A DNA stretch of 64,000 nt, taken from Sphagnum compactum. Taxonomy: Eukaryota. The notes beneath the pieces are model-generated. The model ran no database searches and was not told the DNA's origin. It saw nothing but the letters and a program-made list of their open reading frames with translations. The stretch lies in contig OZ234493.1 of NCBI GenBank assembly GCA_965153455.1, positions 30,432,213-30,496,212 of the forward strand, in the 5' to 3' direction. Position 1 is the stretch's first letter. The number at the start of each line of letters is the position of its first letter. This document shows positions 21,484-33,021 of the stretch, piece after piece. Position numbers and translations under genes: made by a program.

Positions 21484-22446
21484 ATGATGGCTCAAGAGTA
21501 TTCAGACGACGAGATAGAGTTTTCGGAGAGTGAGGAGAGCGAGGAAGACGAGGAAGAGAAGCCGGTAGAAGAGGCGCGCAAGGATGCTGTGTACAATATT
21601 GTAGGAATCCATGAGAAACTGGAGGATATAGGATGGCCTGATGACATCGATTGGATCCAATCTCTTAGTGTTACAGTCGAGGACGACGAGCTCAAGGCCG
21701 TGGATGTGAACGATGATTTGGCTCGGGAAATGGCATTCTACACCCAAGCCTTGGAAGGCGCTCGAGAGGCGTACGAGAAGTTTGAGGCTCTGGGTATTCC
21801 CTTCCTGAGGCCGAGAGATTACTATGCGGAGATGGTGAAGAGCGACACTCACATGCTGAAAGTGAAAGACAAGTTGCTGACTCAGAAGAAAATGATGGAA
21901 GAGGCTGATGAGCGGCGGAAGCAGAGAGAGGCCAAGAAATTCTCCAAAGAGGTACAAGCGGAGAAGCTTAAGGAAAGAGCCAAACAGAAGAAGCATGACA
22001 TTGAATCTGTGAAGAAGTGGAGAAAAGCGAGGAGTGACAGTGGATACACCGAGGGAGAGGATGAATTTCCAGTCAATGTGGAGAATGGGGGACCTTCTGC
22101 CAAGAAAAGAAGAGTTCTGGCTTCACCTGGAGATAGGTCAGGAGGTAAGGATAGGAGTGGCAACCCATTCGGGTCACAGGGAAGAGGAAGAGGATCTTCT
22201 TCTTTTAGAGGAGGTAGAGGCAGCTCTGGATCATTCAGGGGTGGTAGGACGGGGAAGTCTGGGGAGCTTGGAAGGGGTGGAGGAGGCAGGGGAGGCCACC
22301 GAGGAGGGGGAAGATCAGGAAACAGGGAAATGAGGGATGCCAAGTATGGCCATGGAGGTAGAAAGGGCTTGAAGAAAAAGAACACGGCAGAATCGGCTGC
22401 TGATGACAGCAGCTTCAGAGGAATTAAGAGAAAAGGTGGATTTTAG
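21484..22446 (+). CDS. EBP2: rRNA-processing protein EBP2 homolog; single coding exon, about 320 aa, RGG-rich C-terminus
   Basis: Acidic N-terminus, then DVNDDLAREMAFYTQALEG, PFLRPRDYYAEMVKSDTHMLKVK, REAKKFSKEVQ and DAKYGHGGRKGLKKKNTAES, which are EBP2 family motifs. The first ATG is at 21484 (a second at 21487); the ORF-track start at 21301 is TTG. Confidence 0.93.
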   Translation: MMAQEYSDDEIEFSESEESEEDEEEKPVEEARKDAVYNIVGIHEKLEDIGWPDDIDWIQSLSVTVEDDELKAVDVNDDLAREMAFYTQALEGAREAYEKFEALGIPFLRPRDYYAEMVKSDTHMLKVKDKLLTQKKMMEEADERRKQREAKKFSKEVQAEKLKERAKQKKHDIESVKKWRKARSDSGYTEGEDEFPVNVENGGPSAKKRRVLASPGDRSGGKDRSGNPFGSQGRGRGSSSFRGGRGSSGSFRGGRTGKSGELGRGGGGRGGHRGGGRSGNREMRDAKYGHGGRKGLKKKNTAESAADDSSFRGIKRKGGF

Positions 22447-23701
22447 TAGGAATTAAGGAGCTTTACCAACAAAGATAGATTGGTGAGGGAATTTTCTTGT
22501 GTCAGCAGTCATTGGCATTTCATGTTCTCAAGCCCAGCTTCTGGCTGTAAAATTCTTGTGAAGAGCATAGAAGAAAGGTTTTGTATCAGAGGCTTTGACA
22601 TCGCACAATCTGCAATTCAACCTCCCTCTAATGCTTGTGATTGTTCTGCACTATCCTCTGCAGCTTGACTGAGAGGGTAAAGTCTACTACTGTCATGGAT
22701 CCTTTTCTCTAGTCCACTTTCAAGGAATGAGTTTGTCATGTATTTTGCATTGTTATTTGTGCTGTGGCCTTCTTTCCCCTTTCTGAGTTTGTGGTTCAAC
22801 TTACTAAAAGAGCTTGCAATTGTGCAGTCTTAACTGTTGTACGCTGCAACATCTTTGGTCTTTATTACTCTGTCGAAAAGACTTGGCTCTCCTGATCCAG
22901 AAGACTCTGGCCACTTCCTATGCATTTCCAGTTTTTTGTGAGAACCTGCAAAGCAAGTAACAGCATTCAGACTGGATGTGCACACTTAGGATCCATCTGT
23001 GAGAACACTAACAATGCTGCACTCATACACATAGGTGTCAACACTCATTTGAGGTTGACTAAAACTTGGTCCATACAGAGGCAGTGTGACACATCCAACC
23101 TATGTTTGTTTTCTCAGTATTTCTGTCAGCTCTATGATTAAGAATAATGATCAATATCAGCCACCCTGGAAAGCACAGCATTCACTTTTTAAATAAGGTT
23201 TGCACATAGCTTTTTCCTTCTAGAAATTTCAAGTTGCATGAGAGTTACATACCTTTCGAAACTCCAGCACAAATCTCTAGTAACCACACATTGCAATAGT
23301 TTGCAGTAAAGTTGGTTGGACTTGCATATCTGAGATGTGATACAATTGCTTGGATTAAACTGGCACTGGATCGCACCAGAATGATATGGACACTCTTACT
23401 GTGGGGAGTTGATGGCCCCAAACAAGTGGTCTTGGCATTTATAATCCTGACCATTTGCAAAGACTTCATCATCTCTGAGTAAGGCTACTTAGGCTGAGAA
23501 ACTACATGTGAGAATTATAAACCAGCTACTAGCTTTAACATGGTCAGACTTAACAAGTACCCAGTCTTCCATGTTGCTGGAAACAACTTAGTTTCTACAA
23601 AAATGCTTGTGCTTGTCTGCACAGATTTCAGCAGACAAACAACTATGTGTTAAAAAATTGAGGTGTGGAGATAATCCAAGTCACTGCCTCCCTTTGATGT
23701 C

Positions 23702-26682
23702 TCAAATGGCAGCAACAGAACTGTCTGAGGCAGACATACTGGCAGCTTCCTTTACCACTTCAGAGCTTGAGCTTGCTGCTTCAATCTGCTCAATGGTGAA
23801 GTTGTGGTTGGTGTATATGCAACAGTCTGCAGCTATCTTCATTGCTTTTCTTGCTGCAACAAACCCAAGACCCCACCCATCACATCAGTGCTGAAATGAT
23901 GCATGCACTACAATCACCATACAGAAATTTCCTAAAGAGCATGGGAGACAATCAGGATATTGCATGCATGACAATTCCTGACAGACCCCTTAAAGAATTG
24001 CCTGCATAAGTAAGAAGTGGAATTGAAGTCAGGAACCAAGCACACTGACCAATTGTCTCTGCATCCATGTCAGGAAGATCAAGAAGAGCTCTAGCAGCTG
24101 CCAATGCATATGAGCCTCCTGAACCGATACCTGTGATAATCCCCATTCCACCTCAGAACATCATCCATGTGCTCCTCATCCAAACCAACAGACTAATGCA
24201 GTTCACCCAATTGATTGTAGGAATGGTAAAGGCACAATGATTCAGACACAGACAAACACAGTGATCAAGGAAATCTCCTCACCTATAACACCATCATAAG
24301 GCTCCAGAACATCACCATTTCCTGTAATTGTTAAAGAAACCTCAGCATCTGCCACCACCATGACAGCCTGCATCCACCCCAACCTGATCTCTTTCAGTAC
24401 CCACAGCACCTCAGTCAACCAGAATCTGATTGCATAATTTGATAGCATCACAACATTGAGCTGTTAGTGATGGGACAGGACATTCAAAAAGGACATCAGC
24501 AAGCTTTTACTTCTACATCTACAACAAGAACCTCGAGGAAAAGGAGACTAATGACAAACAAACACACCATCTACAAAAAGAGAGGCTTGGGAGGTGGGAG
24601 GTGGGTCCTAATGCTGATGAGGATGCTATTAGGGCCTACAACAATATGCACGCTAGATATAGAATGCGAGTGGAGCGCACATCAAGACGTCTCAAAAACT
24701 TGTCAGAGCGCCAAGCTTTAGCCAGCTCCACTGCAGCACGTGTCAGCTGCCACCAAAAGGGTTCTCATATCAGTGACCAGCTGACCATCCTTATTACTCC
24801 ACTTGCTCTTCCAGATGGGCAGCTACTGTGGCAGAGCTACGTAATTCATAGAACAGAGCTCTGTGAAATACAACACAGGTAAAATCTCAAACACAGGTAC
24901 AGCCAGAGACAGGTCATTCTGCATCTTTATACCTGCCCTGCAACCAAAGCACCACCAAATGCAAATTAGCATTAAAGATTGCTCTACTAAACTTTCAGAT
25001 GACAAGAAATAAGTGCTGATGATGATAGGATGGAGAATCCAGAAAGGAAGGAAGCCAAATACCAGAATGCTCCTCGAGCTTGGTCTCCAGCCTTTCAAAA
25101 AGAGTGAAGGAATCTGCAGTTGCACCTACAGAACCCAGCTGAACCCATCAGCCACTTTCACTTCACTACTGTTAGTAGAGCCTTTTGACCATTCCATTGT
25201 TCATCATAAACATAACCTCCTTCCACAGAGGCTCAGGCAGAGATTGTGCAAGTGAGGCACACACATTTGTTCCACAATTGGTGGCTCCTTACATGAGGTC
25301 AGGTCACCAGCTTCACAATCACTATGCCTCTCCCAGTAGTTCTGGATAAGTCCTGGTTATTGGCCATCCCAGGAAAGTCAATCGAAGCTAGATGACTGAT
25401 TTGACTACAATCCAAATAAAGATTCTTTCAGTTCAAAAACACAGTGCCAAATATGTTGGATAGGTAGAGGGGCAGTAGCCAGCAAACCTGCAAAGCCACC
25501 AATGACATTTTCCCCGAGTCTGCGAACTTTTCGCACATTAGGTTTGATGATTTCAGCACCTTGTGTCACCTGACCATCTCCAATCATCACAACATTCGCA
25601 CCCTTGCGAACACAAAGGACTGTGGTGCCCAGCATACCCCTGTTGGTTGTGTGCATGTGCCTCCAACTGCCACAATTTCTCAGACTCTTATTTTAGGGTT
25701 TGAGCTAGCTCAAATGTGAATCCAAAACCAAAACATCTACCTTATCTTCCAAAACTTGCTGCTGGATGGAGTTAGCACATTGACAACATAACAATATATC
25801 AAGATGGAAAAACAGAACCATCTGGTCATCAATAACTTCCACAAAACCTCTCCAAGATCAAGAGTGAAGATTTCCAAAACCCCAGGCCTTCCACAAATTG
25901 CACAGAAATTTAATCTTGTCCACAGAAAAGAAACATACTATTAAGAGCTTTATGCGATCTGTGAGAGATGTGATACTTTTGCCTAAAATCCCTCAGATGC
26001 ACAGATTGGCTCCAAGATCAAAATCAATGCAATCTTCAATCAAGAATAATATGAATACCTGCTGTTGATGGTTGGAGGAAAAGGGCAAACAATCTGCAAA
26101 CCCTTGCACATATCCTCCAATCCCTGCAATGTTCTTTGGGTTCCACATCCTGCAAAACGGGCTATCAGAAAATTTCTGCAATCACTGGCCCTCTGTCTGT
26201 CTGTCTGTCTGACTGACTTTCTGTCTCTGTCTCTCTATCTCGATCTCTCAAAACCTTAAAAGGTATTACGATATCGAGGCCGTGGCATCTGACAGGAATG
26301 ACAGGAAACTGACAGAAGCAAAAGAGAGATATACAAACAATTGAAGAAGGATCCAAGCACTTCACAAGAGATTACAGCTTCTCGAATACCGGCATGTTCC
26401 TTTTGTCAGTTTTACCTGACCAGAGACTTTATTTATTCAGAAGTTGCAAACCTTGCCAGAGGGGGAAAAAAAAAAAAAAAAACTCGCCAGGAATATTTCG
26501 CAAAGGATTAATAAGAAGAAGACCGTACGACGACTTGTAGAGCAACACATTCAAAACAAAAATTGTGAGAGAGTTGATCAAGAAAGCAGAAAAAACTCCG
26601 CAAAAAATTCGTCAGTAGAGAAGGCAGGCTACTTACTTGTAAGAAGAAGAGCAGCGGTTCGCCACAATGGGCCGCTGGCCAT
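23702..26682 (-). CDS. HslV: ATP-dependent protease subunit HslV (ClpQ), Ntn-threonine peptidase with about 59-aa N-terminal presequence; 255 aa
   Basis: Exons (-): 26682-26637, 26149-26059, 25666-25488, 25125-25063, 24937-24933 (5-nt microexon), 24746-24681, 24367-24283, 24130-24050, 23853-23702; total 768 nt. The predicted mature N-terminus is TTVLCVRK (Thr codon 25626-25624). Family motifs: [86 protein letters not shown]. The ATG is in gccATGG context and the presequence begins [16 protein letters not shown]. Confidence 0.93.
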
Positions 26683-26769
26683 GGCTACAAATCGATCCCG
26701 CGCAGCACCAGCAGCACCGGAAGCAACAACACTCTCTGGAGCTCAAAGCGCTTGTCTCTCTCGCGCTAG

Positions 26770-27400
26770 TCTCTATGGCTCCCTCGATGCTTGTTCCAAT
26801 CTGGAATGGTCTGTCCACTGACCGTTCCGGTCTGGAATGATCTGTGGTGACCATTCTACGTTGGAGTAGTCTTCTTCTGCCTTCATGGGCTGGCCAAATC
26901 CAGAAAGATAAAATCGGCGCTTCTCTCTAATTGCTCTGTCGATGCTTATTCCACTCTGGAGTGGTTTTTCTACTGACCGTTCCAATTTGGAATAGTCATC
27001 TTCTTCCTTTATGGGCTGCCAAATCCAAAAAGGTCAAATCGGCCCTTCTCTCTCTTGCTCCCCTGATGCTTGATCTTTTTTGGAATGGTCTGTCCCTGGA
27101 CCGTTCCACTTTGCAATAGAATTCTTCCTTCATGGGCTGCCACAATCCAGAACGGTAATACCAGAGCTTCTCTCTATCGCTCCCCTAATGCATATTTCAC
27201 TCTGGAATGGTCTATCCACTGACTGTTCCACTTTGGAATAGTCTTCTGCCTTCATGGGCTGCCAAAAAATCCAACGAGAGGTAAAATCAGTACTTCTCTC
27301 TGCTTGCTCCCTTAGTGCATGTTGCAATCTGGAATGATCTGTCTAGTGACCATTCCACTTTGGAATAGTCTTCTTTTTTCCTTCATGGGCTGCCAAAATC
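26770..27400. repeat. Tandem array of about five 120-130 bp units, each with a 9-bp inverted repeat
   Basis: The anchor (C/T)T(C/T)ATGGGCTG recurs at about 26881, 27008, 27128, 27250 and 27381. The dyad GGAATGGTC-N8-GACCGTTCC or a variant starts at 26803, 26834 (6-nt loop), 26958, 27082, 27204 and 27331. Confidence 0.85.
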
Positions 27401-30400
27401 GCGAACAAGACAATTCTGATTCTCCTTGGAATGTTTTGTGTCGCCAAGGCTCCAAACGTGCTCATCTTCTCACAGAAATCTTGTCTCGCATTCTCGCTCA
27501 CGAACAAGACATTCCAATTCTCCTCAGAATGTTTTTTGTCGCCAAGGCTCCAAACGTGCAAAGGACTCTCGTCACGCCTACTACTGTTTGCATGATTTTG
27601 TCGGTACCAAATTGTTGTTGTCATCTGAAAAGACTTTCTCGAGTCTCAATTGCGAAGGTTTCGTTGTGGTAGAGGAATTTGGACTCGAAGCTGCCACAGT
27701 AGCACCAAAGTTCTAGGTTCCATTTCTGGGGCTTGGATCCAGGAGACTGACTTGAGGAGCTCTACGGGCACACACACACACACACACACACAGATAAAGA
27801 ATCTTAGGGAGCAAGAGTTGATTTGCAACTGCATGCCTTTTGGATTTGGAAGGTAAGGCTACAGATGGATTCGTCTTCTGTGAGAGACACACACAAAGAG
27901 CGAGAGGGGACGCAATGGATGAGAACAGAAAGCAAACATGAGTGACTCGGATTTTTCGCACAGCGGTGGATTTCGCACCTTTCGCCAGATATCACGAAAT
28001 TGGCAGTGTTTCTCTTCCCCCCTTTCTTAGAGAATCCAGAAAATGAATGACATGGGTAGCACTGCAGGAGAACGAGAGCTGGTCCACTTTGGATCTACTA
28101 CATCCTTTATTTCAACTCGCAAACCCCTTTGAGCTTCTAATTTTTGTCGGGGGTACAAAAGGTTTTGCAAAACAAATCAGATTGATGCAGAAAGATGATG
28201 ATGATGATGATGATGATTCACCCCAGCATCCTGTGCATCATAATCATTTGAGGGATTTGAGGATTGCAATTGATTTTTGGACAAGCTTGAGGACTTTGGG
28301 TTCTTCTTTGAGTCAGCTCCTTACATCAGAGTTTGAGAGATCTGGTTCAACTTGGTCTTGCTGTAAAATTTCCATTGATATTGGTAGGAGAAGGTGTTGG
28401 CTTGTTGGAAGCTAGAAGGATTTGTAACTTTGATATGATTTGCTATATTTTGAAACTTTGATGATGTAGGCCTTCTACAGGAGATGCTGCATGCAGCAAG
28501 GAAAGGAAAAGGATTGGTAGAATGGAAGGTGTGTGATCTCTTTTGACTCCTTTCCCCTAACTCCCTCAATTTATTGAGCTATGAATAAATCTCCTTCCAT
28601 TGTTTGAGTTGTGTAAAACATCAAGTTGTAAAACACTAGAGGAAAAGATACTACTTTGTTTTCACCTTCCCAGTACAATCAAGAGAAGCCTAATAACCTA
28701 GTTGAGTTTTGATGGCAGAATTAGGAGATTTCATGTGGTGATGCTCCATTGGTGTGAGGTTTGATTGTAGTTTATTATCATGAATGAAGTTATTGTGAAG
28801 GTGATGTCATGCTTTTGCAAGATGGCTGATATCATTGATAAAGGCATCTCCTGTAAGCCTTGTTTCTCTGACATATACATTGCATGTTCTTGTTGCAATG
28901 ATAAACTCGTTAACAATTTGATTGTCAGTTTTAGCAATAGAAAGTTTTTCCCCTCTGTACTCAAAGAGGATGTGATGCATACCTATGCAGTGATTGGATC
29001 ATTTCTAGTACTTGACATGTTTTGCAATGGTTGAAAATCTCAATAAATGGAGGTAGCCACTACTTGCTCTTGATGTTGTTTACTTTATCAAGCCTTCGAG
29101 AGAGAGGTGGGTTGTGTAGTTTTCAAACACCCCATCTTTTCATCTTTGGTTTCTGGAATGTTGAATGTTAAAAGTTTGTAGAGATTTAGAAATGGTTCTC
29201 CCTATGTCTGTGTAATGTAAGGCAATTCATGCAGGACATGTCAAGGAAATCACTTTTTTATAAGAACTGGGTGTTCAATCCTAGTACATGACATCCTCAT
29301 TGGCACAACGATAATAGATTCAACACCTTGTGTTGCCCCATGTGGAATCTTAAACCACATCCACAATGGTCTATTTTTGTTGACATTCTCCAACCTTAGA
29401 AGCCAGGAGCACAAGCAAACATGACATATAATTGTGTGCAGGTTAGGGTTTAAAGAAAGGTCTGTGGAAGGAGTTTAACATCCTATATATTAAAAAATGG
29501 TTGCAATTTTGTTAAGGAGGCAAGTTGGAGATGCTTTCATGTACACCTACAAGCAAATTGGAAATTCATTTTTCATCATCTAGTCTCTTATCCTATTACA
29601 GCTCTTCTCCACCTCTCTTTTGAAACATTTATCAAAATTTTCTTCAATTTTTTTCTTTTCAATCGCCTTCCTTGTTGCAATAGAGATAAGCATTTCAATT
29701 GTTTGCCATTGTAGTTGCGTTTGGTAAATTATCAATGCAAAACCTTCTATTGATCTGCACAAGTGAATAAAACAACTACTAAAATTTTAGGAAAAATTTT
29801 TTTTGGGCCAAAAGTTTTGTTAGATTTTGATAATTTTATGGTGTTGGACCTTGATGTAGTTTTTTTTGTGTTTGATGCCATACAATTTGGACTTGTTTTT
29901 TGCAAAAGCATTGCCAATTCATGCTAAATTGTTTTTCGGTTGTTCATTAATGATGAGATTCATTAGGATATTGGATAAATAAATGGGAGATAGTCCTTAA
30001 AGAATCACATTTGAAATTTCAATTTTTTTGGGTATTCACAGGAAACTTGAATGCATGATGCATTTGAAAAGTGGTTAACCATGGGATAACAATGATCCAA
30101 ATGTGACAATTATTGCATTTACATCCTTGGAATATGTAAAAGTCTACATAAGGATCATTAACAGATGCCATCCAACAAATGTCCCTAGCCAAGGAATGTC
30201 CTTCTAAAAATTGTAATTACATGAACGAATTTTATTCCATCATCCAGGAAAATTTGTCCATATTCATTAAAAAAATCATCCATTCATCAATTGAAAATTC
30301 ACAAATGAGATTTTTTGGATAAATATTCATCCATGGAATTGGGATAATTTTAATGCTAAAAACTTGTGGAGTTGGCAACTTTAAAATGCAAGCATGCTAA

Positions 30401-31597
30401 TGTGAAGGGTCCTAGTTCATAACAACAAGAAGAAATCTCTCCAAAAGAACAATACTTTTTGCAACCAACATCCTTTTCATGTTTTTTATTTGTACATAAA
30501 CACAATGAATTTTTTCAATATTTCTTTTTTGACTTCTCTCAATAGATATTCATTTTCTCACAAGGAAGAATGTTTAAAGATGGTCCTAATTGGAAGAATA
30601 CACATTTGTATGAAGCACCATTTTATTTCTCCCAAGATCTTTTAAGAAGAAAAAATATTCTAAAAAATAAATATATATGAAACCTTTGAAAATCACATGG
30701 ATGTGTTTGTGCTAAAATTGAACTTGAATCTTGAGGTTTTAAGATCAGATGTTTGTAAGTTTAAATAATTTAAAACTTTTTTCCCTAGTCACAGAGTTCT
30801 AATTTTTTACGATAATATTTTTGTTATTCAATTGGTTTAATGTAGTTTGAAAATCTTAAAATTCCTTATGTCATTTTTTATCCCAAATCTTTTTAGTTAA
30901 TGTAAATTAAAAATAAAATAAAATATTATTTCATTTGTTTTAACTATAAATGTTTTCTTATTGAAATTGGTTATTGTAGTTCAAAAATAATAATTTCTTA
31001 TGGCGTTTTTATTTTCTCTTTCATCATATAAAAGGCATGGAACCAACATCACAAGTCTTTTGTCTTCTTGATGTATGTGTTAATTGCCCTTGTTTTTATT
31101 TACCTTTGTGGTGATTGTGCATTTTTTTGCTCAATTTGGCATCTTGTTCACAAATTTTAAAATTTTCATTTGTGTTTACCTTATCAAAAAAAAATTCAAA
31201 CATTTGAAAAAATATATATGGACTTGTTAATGTTTTGGTATGGACTCTTGAGGTTTCATTGTCCTTCCATGAAGGCGATTAACCTTCTCAATACATTTTT
31301 AAAAAAAAAATCATGTCTTTCCTTGGCAACATAACAAAAAAAAAATTGGGTTTTTAAATTAAATATATAATAGTGAACTATCCTTTGCCCAAATTTATAA
31401 TTATTCCATTTTCTCATTTGTATACTAATGTCATTATGTGATTTATAAACCATGTAATTTTTTTATTCTCTTTTCATGCAAATGAACTTTTCAATTTTTA
31501 ACATTCGATATCAAGAAATGTTGTTATAATGAACGGTTTGGGGATTCTAAAGAAGGTTTTCAAAGGAAAAAAAGATAGAACATGAAAGTTTTGTTGA

Positions 31598-33021
31598 TTT
31601 GGCATGAATCTTTCATAAGGAGAGTTTAGATAGGATAGTGAGACTAGGAAGGTGTGTGAACTATGGCATGATAAAAAAGGAGTTCATAGCTCTCTAAAAA
31701 ATTTTGAGTGCCTTTGGAGGCGATTTAGATAACATTATGTTAAAGTGCTTCATGGAGTTAGAAAGCCACTAAATTGATAATGACCCCATAAGTGGATTGT
31801 TGTAGTTTTCTTGTATACCTAGTTACAAAACCATTGTAAAGTTAAACAAGGTGATTGTTTCGTAACAAGTCATGTGTTTTTTTGAGTTCCACAAAGGTGT
31901 TGACCTCTTTGGTGTTTGTTTTAATTTGTCTTGACAATCCAATGAAAAAGGAATATTAAAGTGGTGTCATAACACAATTTAAATTAGGGGAGTGAACTTG
32001 GATATGAACTTTGAAACGGATGTTTTAACACATTAATGGTGTAAGTTAATACTTGGAGCAATGGAATGTCTTAATAGTTCGTTAATACATGTTGATACCA
32101 CCCTAGCTCCCCAAGGTGTACAATTAATTTTCCAGAAATAATAACTACCCCAAGATGATGCCACTTGGGAAAAGAAGGATGACCTCCAAAAGAATCTTCC
32201 CAAGATCCTTTGTATTGATGACAATATAATAGGTTGGGAGAAATGTTACATTCCTCACACTTAACTAACATGGAGTGAATGACGAGAGCGTGGACTCATG
32301 AACATCACGCGATGGAGGAGCGTGAAGGTCGTACCTCAAAAGGATATGTTATTAGTTACATATAAATAGAAAGAGAGTGAATTCAAAAGAGAGCCAAGGA
32401 GGTTGAAAGAAGATAGGAAATCCAAAGAAGGGACGTTCTTTGGTTTTTTTCTTGGTTGCTACATTTCTATGAGTAGATAATGTAGATGTTAGCTTTTTGA
32501 CATTTGTAATTGGGTGAAAAACTATTGTAATTTTTGTAACTTTTGGAAGCAAAATGGTGCATACTTGTGTATGTGAAGGTTGTAGCAATAAGTTTTGTTG
32601 TGTTGAAGGGTTTAGGGATTGTAAATAAGGCTTTTGAAAAAAAGGTTGTGGAGCTAAAGTGATTTGTTGCTTTGGCATGAATCTTTTATAAACAAAGTTT
32701 AGACAGAATATGAGACTAGGAGGGTGTGTGAATTGTAGAACGACAAAAAAGATCTCATAGTTCTCTAGAAAATTTCAAGGCTTTTGGAGGTGATCTAAAT
32801 AACATGCCACTAAAGTGCTTCATGGGGTTAAAGAGCCACCAAATTAGTAATGAACCCATAAGTGGGTTGTTGTAGTTTTCTTGTATACCTATTTATGGAG
32901 CCATTGTAAAGCAAGACATGGGTCACATTTTTTTTGAATTCCAAGGGTTTGCAATAAAGGGACTACCCTCTTTGATAAATGTTTTAATTTGTTTTGCCAA
33001 TCCAATGGAAGAGCAATATTA
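31598..33021. repeat. Diverged direct duplication of about 350 bp (31598-31958 and 32672-33021)
   Basis: Both copies share TTTGGCATGAATCTTT, GAGACTAGGA.GGTGTGTGAA, AAAGTGCTTCATGG.GTTA, CCCATAAGTGG.TTGTTGTAGTTTTCTTGTATACCTA and CAATCCAATG in the same order. Confidence 0.8.

Noticed and set aside
26633-26854. 73-aa ORF MVTTDHSR... as the HslV N-terminus
   Set aside because: It begins within the tandem repeat. ATG 26682 in another frame has better context, looks like a presequence and is phase-compatible through exon 26149-26059.
26770-27400. CRISPR array or heat-shock elements upstream of HslV
   Set aside because: Whole units are homologous, so there are no unique spacers. The GAA/TTC spacings I checked do not fit nGAAnnTTCn arrays.
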